A stretch of DNA of 64,000 bases from an uncultured Chloroflexia bacterium (lineage in GTDB: Bacteria > Chloroflexota > Limnocylindria > Limnocylindrales > CSP1-4). The position numbers were made by a program, and so were the translations under genes. Within the stretch, counting starts at the first letter, position 1, and each line of letters starts with the position of its first letter. The notes under the pieces were generated by a model. The model did no database searches, was not told where the DNA came from, and saw nothing but the letters and a program-made list of their open reading frames with translations. Below are positions 49,491-59,521 of the stretch, piece by piece. Location of the stretch: positions 19,703 to 83,702 of the forward strand of contig CAVRHD010000001.1 in assembly GCA_963720965.1 (NCBI GenBank), read 5' to 3'.

Positions 49491-49986
49491 CCTCGACGAG
49501 CGATCGAAGGCGGTCGATCCGGGCCAGGATCCGCCGCTCGCGGTCATCGAGGCGAGCCTCGATGTCGGGCGGGAAGACGTAGCGGCCGCCGTGGGTTCGC
49601 ACGCCGAAGGCGACCGCGACGGCGTAGTCGGCCTCGTGGCTGATCGACACAGCGATCCGGCCCATCCCGAGCTGCTCGGCCCGGGCCGCCGCCCGGTCGT
49701 GGAGCCGGACCGAAGGCTGGCCCGTGGGCAATCGCTCGATCTCGATCTCGCGCCAGCCGATGCCTCGCACGCCCAATCCGAGGACCTTGCTGACCGCCTC
49801 CTTGGCCGCCCAGCGCCCGGCGAAGGTCTCGGGCCGGTCGCGGACGTAGGCCTGCTCGGCCGGGGTCAGGACCCGACTGGAGAACCGCGCGCCGAAGCGG
49901 GCCATCGTCGCCCGGATCCGGCCGATCGCGATGATGTCGATCCCAAGCTCGGTCGTCCCGGGAGGAACTGCCGGGACCGACGCCAT
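49471..49986 (-). CDS. acpS: Holo-[acyl-carrier-protein] synthase
   Basis: LGIDII, AGRWAAKEAVSKVLG.G, EIEI, VSISHE..YAVA. Confidence 0.92.
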   Translation of the reverse strand: MASVPAVPPGTTELGIDIIAIGRIRATMARFGARFSSRVLTPAEQAYVRDRPETFAGRWAAKEAVSKVLGLGVRGIGWREIEIERLPTGQPSVRLHDRAAARAEQLGMGRIAVSISHEADYAVAVAFGVRTHGGRYVFPPDIEARLDDRERRILARIDRLRSLVEDATVDG

Positions 49987-49988
49987 GG

Positions 49989-51818
49989 CTACTCGACCGT
50001 GACCGACTTGGCCAGGTTGCGCGGCTGGTCGACATCCGTCCCGCGGGCGACGGCGGTGTAATAGGCGAACAGCTGGAGCGGGATGACCGCCAGGATCGGG
50101 CTGAGCACTTCGTCCGTATCGGGCACCCAGCAGACCTCGTCGGCAAAGCGCTCGATCTGGGGGTCGCCCTCGGTCGCCACGGCGATCACCCGGGCGTCGC
50201 GGGCCCGGCCCTCCATGACGTTGCTGATCAGCTTGTCGTAGACCGACGAACGGGTCGCGACGGCGACCAGCGGACACTCCGCGTCGAGGAGCGAGATGGG
50301 GCCGTGCTTGAGCTCGCCGGCGGCATAGCCTTCGGCGTGGACATAGCTGACCTCCTTGAGCTTGAGCGCCCCTTCGAGGGCCGCCGGATAGCCGAAGCCC
50401 CGGCCCACGAACATGAACCCGCGCGAGTTCACGTAGCGCCGGGCGAGGGCCGCCGCGCCGGTGTTGAGGTCGAGCGTCCGCTGGGCGGCCTCGGGCAGCC
50501 CGCGCAGGGCCCGGCCGAGGGCGACCTCGCGCTCGACCGCCAGGCTGCCCCGGACCCGGGCGATCGCCGCGGCCAGGATGACCAGCGTCGTGACCTGGGT
50601 CACGAACGTCTTCGAGGCGGCCACCGCGACCTCCGGGCCGGCCTGCAGGAACAGGACGGCGTCGGCCTCCCGGGTGATCGCCGACCCGACGGTGTTGGTC
50701 ACGGCGATGACGGGGCAGCCCCGTTGCCGGGCCAGCCGGGTCGGGGCAATCGTGTCGGCGGTCTCGCCCGACTGGGTGACCGCGATCACGAGCGTATCGG
50801 CGTCCAGCGGGGGCGGGCTGTAGCGGAACTCCGAGCCCACGGTCGCCCGGGCGGGCAGGCCCGTCCACTCCTGGAGCGCCGCCGCCCCGATCAGGGCAGC
50901 GTAGAAGGCAGTTCCGCAGGCAACCAGCTCGATTCGCCGGACCCGGGCGAGGACCGGATCCAGGCCGGCCAGCTCGTCGACCACGATCCGGTCGTCGCGG
51001 GTCAACCGGCCGGTGATCGACTGGAGCAGCGCGGCCGGCTGCTCGTGGATCTCCTTGAGCATGAAATGGTCGAAGCCGCCCTTCTCCGCCGCCTCCGCCG
51101 TCCAGGTGATCGTGGTCACGCTGCGGCTGATGGGCTCGCCGGCCACGTTGGTGATCTCGACGCCCGACGGATGGAGGTCGGCAACATCGCCTTCCTCGAG
51201 GAAGACGACCTGGTCGGTGTGGGCCAGGATCGCCGCCACGTCGCTGGCCAGGAACGTCTCGCCGGGCGCCAGGCCCACGACCAGGGGCACGTTCTGGCGG
51301 GCCCCGATGAGTCGATCCGGCTCACCCCGGTGCATCACGGCCAGGGCGTAGGCACCCTCGATCCGGCGCAGGGCCGAGCGGGTCGCCGCGGCGATGTCGC
51401 CCTCGTAGGCCTCCTCGATCAGGTGGGCGATCGCCTCGGTGTCGGTCTCCGAGGTGAGCACGTGGCCGCGGCTCTCGAGGCCATCGCGCAGCTCCCGGAA
51501 GTTCTCGATGATCCCGTTATGGATGACCGTGACATTGCCGGTGCAATCCTGGTGGGGATGGGCGTTCAGGTCGTTGGGCCGCCCGTGGGTTGCCCAGCGG
51601 GTATGGGCCAGGCCAATCGCGGCATGGGGCGTGCGGTCGGCGATCGCGGTCTGGAGATTGGCCAGCTTGCCGGCCCGCTTCTCCACGAACAGCACACCCT
51701 GATCGTCGACCAGGGCAATCCCGGCCGAATCGTAGCCGCGGTACTCGAGGCGCTTGAGGCCCTCGATCAGGATGGGCCCGGCCTCGCGCGGTCCGGTATA
51801 GCCGACGATTCCGCACAT
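49989..51818 (-). CDS. glmS: Glutamine--fructose-6-phosphate transaminase
   Basis: MCGIVG, EYRGYDSAG, HTRWATHG, QSGETADT, ELKHGP, PRNLAKSVTVE. Confidence 0.97.
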   Translation of the reverse strand: MCGIVGYTGPREAGPILIEGLKRLEYRGYDSAGIALVDDQGVLFVEKRAGKLANLQTAIADRTPHAAIGLAHTRWATHGRPNDLNAHPHQDCTGNVTVIHNGIIENFRELRDGLESRGHVLTSETDTEAIAHLIEEAYEGDIAAATRSALRRIEGAYALAVMHRGEPDRLIGARQNVPLVVGLAPGETFLASDVAAILAHTDQVVFLEEGDVADLHPSGVEITNVAGEPISRSVTTITWTAEAAEKGGFDHFMLKEIHEQPAALLQSITGRLTRDDRIVVDELAGLDPVLARVRRIELVACGTAFYAALIGAAALQEWTGLPARATVGSEFRYSPPPLDADTLVIAVTQSGETADTIAPTRLARQRGCPVIAVTNTVGSAITREADAVLFLQAGPEVAVAASKTFVTQVTTLVILAAAIARVRGSLAVEREVALGRALRGLPEAAQRTLDLNTGAAALARRYVNSRGFMFVGRGFGYPAALEGALKLKEVSYVHAEGYAAGELKHGPISLLDAECPLVAVATRSSVYDKLISNVMEGRARDARVIAVATEGDPQIERFADEVCWVPDTDEVLSPILAVIPLQLFAYYTAVARGTDVDQPRNLAKSVTVE

Positions 51819-51875
51819 GTTGGTCGCTCTCCGTCGCGCTTGTGGGCCCCGGTTCCGACCGGCGCCGGAGCCGGG

Positions 51876-53207
51876 CTAGTGTAGACGCTCGCCGGCGAGG
51901 GTCACGATCGAGTCGGCCAGCTCGCGGACGAGGCCCGCATCCGGGCCCTCGACCATGACCCGCAGGACCGGCTCGGTGCCCGAAGGTCGGACGAGGACCC
52001 GGCCGCCGGAGCCGAGCCGTTGCTCGGCCTCGACGATGGCTCGGTGCAGGACCGGGTCGCCTTGCCACTGGTCCTTGTGACGAACGCGGACGGCTCGTTG
52101 CTCCTGCGGAAACAGGGGAATCTCGGCGGCCAGCTCATCGACCGTCCGGCCGGTCCGGACGAGCACTCCGAGCAGTTCGAGCCCGGTCACCAGGCCGTCG
52201 CCGGATGAGCTGTGGTCCAGGCTGATGACATGACCGCTCTTCTCGCCACCGAGGTTGGCGTCGTTGATCAGCATCCCCTCGAGGATGTACTTGTCGCCGA
52301 CGGGCGTCCGGACAACCTGCCCGCCGACCTGGCCCAGGGCTGCCTCGAGCCCGCCGTTGGACAGGACCGTGACCACCACGATCCCGTGGCGCAGCGCTCC
52401 GCGCCGGAGCCGGTCGAGGGCGATCAGGCCGATCAGCTTGTCGCCGTCGACGACCTCGCCGTGGCGGTCGACCACGACCAGCCGGTCGGCGTCACCGTCG
52501 AGCGCGAAGCCAAGGTCGGCCCCGCGCTCGATCACGGCTCGAGCCAGTGCGGCCGGAGCCGTCGCCCCACAGTCGACGTTGATGTTGACCCCGTCGGGCT
52601 CGTTGTTGATCACGTCGACCGCGGCGCCGGTCGCGGCCAATACCCCCGGCGCCGACACGCCCCCGGCGCCATTGGCGCAATCGAGGACGATCCGGAGCCG
52701 GGTCTGAATCGTTCCGGCCAGGGCCACGCGGTTCAGCCTGTAGCGCTCGAGCAGGTCGGCCGAACCGCTCACCCGGCCGATCCCGGCGTTGCGGGGCCCG
52801 ACCAGCTCCTCGGCCCGCCAGATCAGGGCCTCGAGGGCATCCTCGCGATCGTCGTCGAGCTTCATGCCCCGCGCGTCGAGGACCTTCAGGCCGTTGTCGT
52901 CGGCGGGATTGTGGGACGCCGAAACCATGATTCCGGCACCGAAGTCGCCGCTCCCGGCGATGAACGCAAGGGCCGGCGTCGGCAGCGTGCCGGCCAGCTG
53001 GACATCGGCGCCCAGGCTGGCCGCCCCGGCCGCGATCGCCTGCACGAACATGCCCCCCGATCGGCGAGTGTCCTGGCCCACCACCAGGACGCCGCTCGGA
53101 CCGAGCAGCTCATGGGCGGTGGCCCGGCCGAGGGCGAAAGCGAGGGTCGGCTTGAGATCCACGTTGGCCACCCCCCGGATGCCATCCGTCCCGAACAGCC
53201 GGGCCAC
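51876..53207 (-). CDS. glmM: Phosphoglucosamine mutase
   Basis: LFGTDGIRG, SASHNP, DGDADR, GGEKSGH, RPSGTEP. Confidence 0.96.
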   Translation of the reverse strand: MARLFGTDGIRGVANVDLKPTLAFALGRATAHELLGPSGVLVVGQDTRRSGGMFVQAIAAGAASLGADVQLAGTLPTPALAFIAGSGDFGAGIMVSASHNPADDNGLKVLDARGMKLDDDREDALEALIWRAEELVGPRNAGIGRVSGSADLLERYRLNRVALAGTIQTRLRIVLDCANGAGGVSAPGVLAATGAAVDVINNEPDGVNINVDCGATAPAALARAVIERGADLGFALDGDADRLVVVDRHGEVVDGDKLIGLIALDRLRRGALRHGIVVVTVLSNGGLEAALGQVGGQVVRTPVGDKYILEGMLINDANLGGEKSGHVISLDHSSSGDGLVTGLELLGVLVRTGRTVDELAAEIPLFPQEQRAVRVRHKDQWQGDPVLHRAIVEAEQRLGSGGRVLVRPSGTEPVLRVMVEGPDAGLVRELADSIVTLAGERLH

Positions 53208-54487
53208 TAGGGGCCCACCGAAGGGGACGCGCCGGCGGACGGGGACGGGCTGGGTGACGGTGGGGCGGCAACGGTGATCGTGACTGTGACGGTGGCTGGA
53301 CTCAGGCCGACCAGCTTGAGGCTTGCCGGGAGGTTGACCGACGGGGTCAGGACATGGACCCCGGGTGCCAGGCCGTCCACGTCGAGGGTCACCGCGAATG
53401 TCTGGCCGTCCACGCTGGCGAGGGCATCGGGCGATCCTCCGAGGGTGACCAGCACCTGGTCCACCGACAGGCTGTAGATCCGGTCGTCCCGGGCGCCCGA
53501 CAGGACGATTCCGGCCGAGAATGTCTGGGAGGCGCTCCGGGCGATGAGCTGGACCGTGACCGACACGGTCGGCGGGCCGACGATCGTGACCCCCGGCGGG
53601 AGGACCAGGTTGAGCTGGCGGGTCACGTCGGCCACCGCGCCGGTCAGGTCGAGCGGCACCGTCTCGACCTGGTCAAGGCTGTTCAGCGCGGCGGCATCGC
53701 CGGCCACGGTGACCACCACCGGATCGACGGTCACGCTGCTGACCTGGTAGCCACTGTCGGGCGAGCCCGTCAGGTCGGGCACGACCGGCACAGTCCGCGT
53801 CTGCTGGGTGCCGACCCGGATCTGGACGCGGATCGAGTCCGGGTCGATCCGGACCGGGCTCAGCACGTTGTTCAACGCGTCGACCGCGACCAGCGGGACC
53901 TGCTGGTCGATGTCGAGGCCGGCCGGCTGGATCACCACCCGGGCGACCGCGGCCGTCGCCAGGCGGACGACGGAATCCGGGCCGGACACGGTCACCGTGG
54001 TTGCCGACAGGACCGCCGGCTGCGGGTGGAGGCCGGCCGGAACCTCACCCGTGTCGACGACCACCGGGACCGACTTGGATACGAGCGGATCGAGCTGGAC
54101 CTGGATCACCTGCGGGTCGAAGTCGAGGACCTGGATGCGCGGGTCGACTGCCTGCACGTGGACCTGGACGGTGGCGAACGGCGTCCCGGCCTGGGGCGTG
54201 GCCGTCGAAAGGTCGGCGCTGGCAATGAAGCTGCTGCTGGTGACCCGGTCAACGACGTCCGACGGCGCGAAGTAGCGGACGTTGGTCACGTCGCCCAGAT
54301 CGCTCGTGAGCAGGACCGCGTTGGTCGGTTGATTGGTCGCCACGATCGGGATCCGGCCGGGCCAGACCTGGGCATTCTGGGACAGGACGAGGCCGGCATA
54401 CAGGAACGTTGCGAGCACGACGGAGCCGAGCTTGAGCGGCCAGTTCCGGACGATTCGAGCCAGCACCCGGCCCGCCGTTCGCCTCAT
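53207..54487 (-). CDS. cdaR: YbbR-like CdaR regulator of diadenylate cyclase
   Basis: NWPLKLGSV.LA..L membrane anchor; repeated beta-rich YbbR-like units; lies between cdaA and glmM. Confidence 0.85.
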   Translation of the reverse strand: MRRTAGRVLARIVRNWPLKLGSVVLATFLYAGLVLSQNAQVWPGRIPIVATNQPTNAVLLTSDLGDVTNVRYFAPSDVVDRVTSSSFIASADLSTATPQAGTPFATVQVHVQAVDPRIQVLDFDPQVIQVQLDPLVSKSVPVVVDTGEVPAGLHPQPAVLSATTVTVSGPDSVVRLATAAVARVVIQPAGLDIDQQVPLVAVDALNNVLSPVRIDPDSIRVQIRVGTQQTRTVPVVPDLTGSPDSGYQVSSVTVDPVVVTVAGDAAALNSLDQVETVPLDLTGAVADVTRQLNLVLPPGVTIVGPPTVSVTVQLIARSASQTFSAGIVLSGARDDRIYSLSVDQVLVTLGGSPDALASVDGQTFAVTLDVDGLAPGVHVLTPSVNLPASLKLVGLSPATVTVTITVAAPPSPSPSPSAGASPSVGP

Positions 54488-54563
54488 CGACCCCCACCAA
54501 CAGTCTCATCCGGCGGCTGGCCCAGATCGGCCGGGGCGGGACCAGCGCCGGCCTCGGCTGCGG

Positions 54564-55487
54564 TCACCGAGCCCGCCGGGCTCGCTCCGGCGGGGGCCGG
54601 CCGAGCTCCCCGGAGCCATCGTGACCGACGTGGCGGAGGCGGGAGATCCGGGCACTGGTCGGCCGGAGGCTGCCCGACGGCATCCGGCTCATCATCGAGC
54701 GCGGTCCGCCAGACGTGTCGAGGAGGACGAGCAGGGCCCGCTCGAGCTGAGCCGGGTTGAGGTTCCGGACGATCCTGACCCGCTCGACCAGGCTGGTCTG
54801 GCCGGTCTCCTCGGACACGACCACGACTACCGCGTCGGTCTGCTCGGCGATCCCGACGGCCGCCCGATGGCGGGTGCCGAAGCGCTCGGCCGGCAGGATC
54901 GTGGTCTCGGCCAGGGGCAGCACCGCCCCTGCCGCCACGACCTGGTCGGCCCGGATGATCACCGCCCCGTCATGGAGCGGGGACCGGGGCATGAAGATCG
55001 TCCGGAGCAGATCGGCCGTGAGGTCGGCATGGAGCATCACCCCGGTCTCGGCGATCTCGCCCAGCGCGGTCTCGCGCTCGATCACGATCAGGGCGCCGTA
55101 GTGGTCGGCCGCCAGCAGGCCACAGGCGTGGGCCACCTCGGCCGCGACGTGGCCGACCACGCGCTCATCGGTTCCGCTCAGGAGCCACGCGAACGATCCG
55201 ACCCGGCCGAGGCGGTCGAGCGCCCGGCGAAGCTCCGGCTGGAACACCACCACGAGGGCGAAGACACCGATCAGGGCTCCGGTCTCGAGGACCTGGCGAA
55301 GGAGCCGGAGGTCGAAGAAGCGGGCCGCCGCGTAGACCAGGAGCATGACCGTGACGCCGATCACCAGGCTCACCGCGCGGGTTCCGCGGATCAGGCTGAA
55401 CAGGCCGTAGATCAGGAGGGCGGTGATCCCGATGTCGACGATCGTGTTGAGCTGGACCTGGTCGAGGATCAACTGGACGAGCTGCAT
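54564..55487 (-). CDS. cdaA: Diadenylate cyclase CdaA
   Basis: Three TM helices, VFQPELRRAL, PLHDGAVII, GTRHRAAVG, VVSEETG. Confidence 0.93.
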   Translation of the reverse strand: MQLVQLILDQVQLNTIVDIGITALLIYGLFSLIRGTRAVSLVIGVTVMLLVYAAARFFDLRLLRQVLETGALIGVFALVVVFQPELRRALDRLGRVGSFAWLLSGTDERVVGHVAAEVAHACGLLAADHYGALIVIERETALGEIAETGVMLHADLTADLLRTIFMPRSPLHDGAVIIRADQVVAAGAVLPLAETTILPAERFGTRHRAAVGIAEQTDAVVVVVSEETGQTSLVERVRIVRNLNPAQLERALLVLLDTSGGPRSMMSRMPSGSLRPTSARISRLRHVGHDGSGELGRPPPERARRAR

Positions 55488-55504
55488 CGTGGGCTCAGTC
55501 TAGG

Positions 55505-56476
55505 TCAGGCACACAGACCCGCGAGCCGGCTGTCGTCGGGCAGGAGCCGGGTCGCGGCGGCACACAGCCGGTCGCGCACGGCCGCGTCGCCCGACAGCTC
55601 GACCAGGCGACCGAGGAGAAGCAACTTGTCGCCGGCGAGCGTGCGCCAGCCTCGGGCCACGTACAGCTCGACCAGCACGAGGTGCAGGTCGGGGTCATCC
55701 GGGGCGAGCCCGAGGGCCGAGTCGGCCGCATCGAGGGCGGCCTCGTCCAGGCCGGCGGCGGCCAGCTCGCGACTGGCCGCGACGATCGTGCCGATCCGGC
55801 CGGTCGCGTCGTCGGACGCCAGTGCCGCCTCGAGCCGGGCCGAGACGGCGGCGATGTCGACCGGCACCAGCTGGACCCTCGCGGGGCGGTCCGGTTGTGC
55901 ACCTGCCGGCGTCGCGACCTCATCGGGCAGGCCCGGCTCGTCCGACGGTACGGCCTCGATTGCCGGCTGGGCCACGAGGACCGGTTCTTCGAGGACCCGC
56001 AGCGCCCGGGCCAGGGCCGCTTCGGCCGCGCTGCCCGGCGAATCCCGGACCAGCTCGGTCAGGTCGGCCAGGTGTCGCCGCCGGGCCCGGGATTCGGCCA
56101 GCTCGAGGGCACGCCGGGCCGTGTCGCAGGCCTCGGGCAGGCGACCGCTGACGGCCTGGATCTCGGCCAGCAGGTCGAGCGCACCGGCCGCCTCGGCCGG
56201 CCGGCCGGCCCGGACCAGCGCGTCGGCCCGGCCGCCCAGGGCCGACTCATCACGGGGCGCCAGCCCGAGGGCCGTCCCGTAGGCGTCGAGGGCTTCGTCG
56301 AGCCGGCCCTGGCGAACCAGGACACCCGCCCGGCTGGTCAGGGGCAGGGCTCGATCCGGGGCGACCGCGGCCGCCTCGTCGTAGGCCGCCAGGGCATCGT
56401 CCAGGCGGCCGTGGAGGGCCGCCACGTGGCCGACCCGGAGGGCCTCCTTGTAGCGCTCGTAGGGAACGTCGCTCAT
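55505..56476 (-). CDS. Tetratricopeptide repeat protein
   Basis: Repeated A...Y..A....P helical motifs; Ala/Leu-rich; ATGA overlap with argF. Confidence 0.8.
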   Translation of the reverse strand: MSDVPYERYKEALRVGHVAALHGRLDDALAAYDEAAAVAPDRALPLTSRAGVLVRQGRLDEALDAYGTALGLAPRDESALGGRADALVRAGRPAEAAGALDLLAEIQAVSGRLPEACDTARRALELAESRARRRHLADLTELVRDSPGSAAEAALARALRVLEEPVLVAQPAIEAVPSDEPGLPDEVATPAGAQPDRPARVQLVPVDIAAVSARLEAALASDDATGRIGTIVAASRELAAAGLDEAALDAADSALGLAPDDPDLHLVLVELYVARGWRTLAGDKLLLLGRLVELSGDAAVRDRLCAAATRLLPDDSRLAGLCA

Positions 56477-57456
56477 GCCACTCCCCCGGCCACCGAGCCT
56501 GGCTGGTCGTCGGCCCCGATCAGCTCGACGAGGAGCGCCTTCTGGACATGGAGGCGGTTCTCCGACTGGTCGAAGACAATGCTCTGCGGACCATCCATGA
56601 CCTCGGACGTGATCTCCTCGCCGCGATGGGCCGGCAGGCAGTGCATCACGAGCGCGGCCGGGCCGGCCCGGGCCATCAGGGCGGCGTTGACCTGGAATCC
56701 CCGGAAGGCGTCCCGGCGCTCCTCGGTCTCGGCCTCCTGGCCCATCGACGTCCAGGCGTCGGTGTACACGACCGAGGCACCCTTGACCGCCTCGGCCGGG
56801 TCCGCGCTGAACACGATCCGACCGCCGTTAGCGCGGGCCAGCACCTGCGCCCGCTCGACGATCCGGGCGTTCGGGGCATAGCCGGGGGGATGGGCCAGGC
56901 GGACCTCGATCCCGAGCGTCGCGCCGAGCAGGGCCAGGGAGTGGTAGACGTTGTTGCCGTCGCCGACAAAGGCCAGGACGACGCCGTCTAGCCGGCCCAG
57001 CCGCTCCCGGATCGAGAACAGGTCGGCCAGCGCCTGGCACGGATGCTCGCGCAACGTCAGGCCGTTGATCACCGGCACGGCGGCCTGGGCGGCCAGCTCG
57101 ACGGCAACCTCCTGGGGACCCGTCCGGACCACGATCGCGTCGACGAACCGCTCGAGGTTTCGGGCGACGTCGCGCACGCTCTCACGAGCACCCAGGACCA
57201 CGTCGTTGGTGAGGTAGATCGCCGCGCCGCCGAGCTGGGCCATGCCCGCCTCGAAGGTGACCCGGGTGCGCAGGCTCGGCTTCTGGAAGAGCATCGCCAG
57301 GGTCCGCCCGGTCAGGCGCGTTCGGTCGTGACGGCGGCTGGCGCTGAACTCGGCCTTCAGCCCGGCCGCCCGCTCGAAGAGCAGCTCGACCTCGGCCCGC
57401 GACAGGTCGGCCACGCTCAGCAGATCGCGACCTCGCAGCGAGCTCCCGGTCGACAT
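56473..57456 (-). CDS. argF: Ornithine carbamoyltransferase
   Basis: KPSLRTR.TFE, HPCQALAD, GDGNNV, YTDAWTSMG, HCLPAHRGEE, ENRLHVQK. Confidence 0.95.
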   Translation of the reverse strand: MSTGSSLRGRDLLSVADLSRAEVELLFERAAGLKAEFSASRRHDRTRLTGRTLAMLFQKPSLRTRVTFEAGMAQLGGAAIYLTNDVVLGARESVRDVARNLERFVDAIVVRTGPQEVAVELAAQAAVPVINGLTLREHPCQALADLFSIRERLGRLDGVVLAFVGDGNNVYHSLALLGATLGIEVRLAHPPGYAPNARIVERAQVLARANGGRIVFSADPAEAVKGASVVYTDAWTSMGQEAETEERRDAFRGFQVNAALMARAGPAALVMHCLPAHRGEEITSEVMDGPQSIVFDQSENRLHVQKALLVELIGADDQPGSVAGGVA

Positions 57457-57491
57457 CTGCTGGCGTCCCCTGGCGCGCCGCGCCGCGCTGC

Positions 57492-57887
57492 CTAGCGCTT
57501 CGTGTACTGAGGCGCCTTGCGCGCTCGCTTCAGGCCGTACTTCTTGCGCTCCTTCATCCGCGGGTCGCGAGTGAGCAGGCCGGCCTGGCGGAGCGAGAGG
57601 CGATGGGCTTCGTCAAGCTGGAGGAGCGCCCGGGCGATGCCGTGCCGGATCGCCCCTGCCTGGCCGGTCACGCCGCCGCCTTCGACCTTGACCAGGGTGT
57701 TGAACCGACCATCGGTACCGGTCACCCGGAACGGCATGCGCACGTCGGTCTCGTTGACCGCATTGCCGAAATGCTGGTCCATCGTCCGCCCGTTGACGAT
57801 GATCTCGCCCTCTCCGGGCAGCAGGCGAACGCGCGCGACGGCCGTCTTGCGGCGGCCCGTCCCGTAATAGAACGCAGGGGTCGACAT
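57492..57887 (-). CDS. rpsI: 30S ribosomal protein S9
   Basis: [12 protein letters not shown]...[19 protein letters not shown]. Confidence 0.98.
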   Translation of the reverse strand: MSTPAFYYGTGRRKTAVARVRLLPGEGEIIVNGRTMDQHFGNAVNETDVRMPFRVTGTDGRFNTLVKVEGGGVTGQAGAIRHGIARALLQLDEAHRLSLRQAGLLTRDPRMKERKKYGLKRARKAPQYTKR

Positions 57888-57904
57888 GGGGTGCGGTTCC
57901 TCCG

Positions 57905-58336
57905 TCAGGCCAGCGGCTCAGGCCGCTGGGCCTGATGCGGGTGATCCGAGCCGGCGTAGACCTTCAGCTTGCGCAGCTGCTGGGCACCGAGGCGGTTGTG
58001 CGGGAGCATTCCCTTGACGGCTCGCCGGATCACCTCTTCGGGACGGCGCTCGAGGAGGTGGCCGAGGGTCTCCTCCTTGAAGCCCTGGGGATGGCCGCTG
58101 TGGCGGGCATAGACCTTTGATTCGAGCTTGTCGCGGCTGACCGAGATCCGGGCGGCGTTGAGGATGATCACGTGGTCGCCCGAGTCGAGATGGGGAGCGT
58201 AGGTGGGCTTGTGCTTGCCGACGAGGACATGGGCGACCCGCGATGCGAGGCGGCCGAGGGTCTCGTCCGCCGCATCGACGACGTACCAGCGTCGGTCGAT
58301 CTCGCTCTCTCGAGGCGTATAGGTCTTCGTGGTCAT
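57905..58336 (-). CDS. rplM: 50S ribosomal protein L13
   Basis: WYVVDA...LGRLAS...GKHKPTY.PH.D.GD...GMLP. Confidence 0.97.
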   Translation of the reverse strand: MTTKTYTPRESEIDRRWYVVDAADETLGRLASRVAHVLVGKHKPTYAPHLDSGDHVIILNAARISVSRDKLESKVYARHSGHPQGFKEETLGHLLERRPEEVIRRAVKGMLPHNRLGAQQLRKLKVYAGSDHPHQAQRPEPLA

Positions 58337-59127
58337 GATGCTCCGAGCTCTCCATCCAAATCCAGCGCCGGCTGCCCGACGACAACCCGCCTGGGACCGG
58401 GCCGCCCGAGGGCGACTCGTCGCAGGCACAGTCCCCGGGCCGGAGCCGCTGCTCCGGCGAGGGCAGGCCGCCCGGCTTCGAGCGCCGCAGCGACCTCGGC
58501 CAGGTCCATCTTGCCGTGACCGACCTTCAACAGGACGGCCACGATCCGGCGCACCATCCCCCGCAGGAAGGCGTCGGCCCGGACGTCGATCGTCACGACC
58601 CGACCCGTCCGGCGGACCCGGACCGAATGAACGGTCCGGACCGGCTGGCGGTCCGGCGCCCCGAAGGCGGAGAAGTCGTGGCGGCCAACGAAGACCGACC
58701 CCGCCCGCTCCATCGCGGCGTCATCTAGTGGCGTCCGCACCCCGAGCGCAAAGCGCTCGACGAGCGGCCGGTGCGGCCCGTTCCAGACGGTGTAGCGATA
58801 CTCCCGGTAGCGCGCCGCGTAGCGTGGGTTGAACCCGTCGGCGACCCGTCGAACCTCGCCGATCGCGATGTCCGCCGGGAGCAACGCCTCGACCGAGCGC
58901 TCGAGCCGGGCTCCGCTGAGCGTCCCGGTGTAGGTGAATGCGATCACCTGCCCGGAGGCGTGGACCCCGGCGTCGGTTCGACCGGCCCCGTCGACCCGGC
59001 TCGAGCCCTGCGGCGCGAGCCGCGCCAGCGCGGCTTCGAGTTCTCCCTGGACCGTCCGCTTGCCAGGCTGCACCTGGAAACCGGCAAAGTCCGTGCCGTC
59101 ATATTCGACCCGGGCGCGGTAGCGCAC
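58333..59127 (-). CDS. truA: tRNA pseudouridine synthase A
   Basis: EYDGTDFAGFQ, AGRTDAGVHA.GQ, GRHDFSAF, FLRGMVR, APARGLCL. Confidence 0.96.
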   Translation of the reverse strand: MRYRARVEYDGTDFAGFQVQPGKRTVQGELEAALARLAPQGSSRVDGAGRTDAGVHASGQVIAFTYTGTLSGARLERSVEALLPADIAIGEVRRVADGFNPRYAARYREYRYTVWNGPHRPLVERFALGVRTPLDDAAMERAGSVFVGRHDFSAFGAPDRQPVRTVHSVRVRRTGRVVTIDVRADAFLRGMVRRIVAVLLKVGHGKMDLAEVAAALEAGRPALAGAAAPARGLCLRRVALGRPGPRRVVVGQPALDLDGELGAS

Positions 59128-59164
59128 GGGCGCGCCCTCTCGAGCGCTCCTGGTCCGGCTCGTC

Positions 59165-59518
59165 CTAGACGAGCTCGAGCTGGACGATCTCGGCCGAATC
59201 GCCGAGTCGCCGGCCAATTCGCACGATCCGGGTGTACCCCGAGGTGCGGTCGGCGTACTTGGGGGCAATCTCGTGGAACAGCTTGTCGACGACCAGCGGC
59301 TCGTTCGGGAACTCGGCGATCACCTGCCGGCGCGCGGCAAGGTCACCGCGCTTGGCCAGGGTGATCATCCGCTCGACGCGGGGCCGGATTTCCTTGGCCT
59401 TGGCCTCGGTCGTCTGGATCTTCTCGTAGCGCAGGACCGACACGGTCATGTTCTTGAACAGGGCCAGCCGGGGGCCCTGCTTGCGCGAGAGCTTGCGGCC
59501 GTCGATCCGGTGCGACAT
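59165..59518 (-). CDS. rplQ: 50S ribosomal protein L17
   Basis: RKLSR, IQTTEAKAKE, SGYTRI, RLGD.A. Confidence 0.97.
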   Translation of the reverse strand: MSHRIDGRKLSRKQGPRLALFKNMTVSVLRYEKIQTTEAKAKEIRPRVERMITLAKRGDLAARRQVIAEFPNEPLVVDKLFHEIAPKYADRTSGYTRIVRIGRRLGDSAEIVQLELV

Positions 59519-59521
59519 GGC

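Noticed and set aside
51819-51875. glmS ribozyme
   Set aside because: The intergenic gap is only ~57 nt and lacks a recognisable conserved core.
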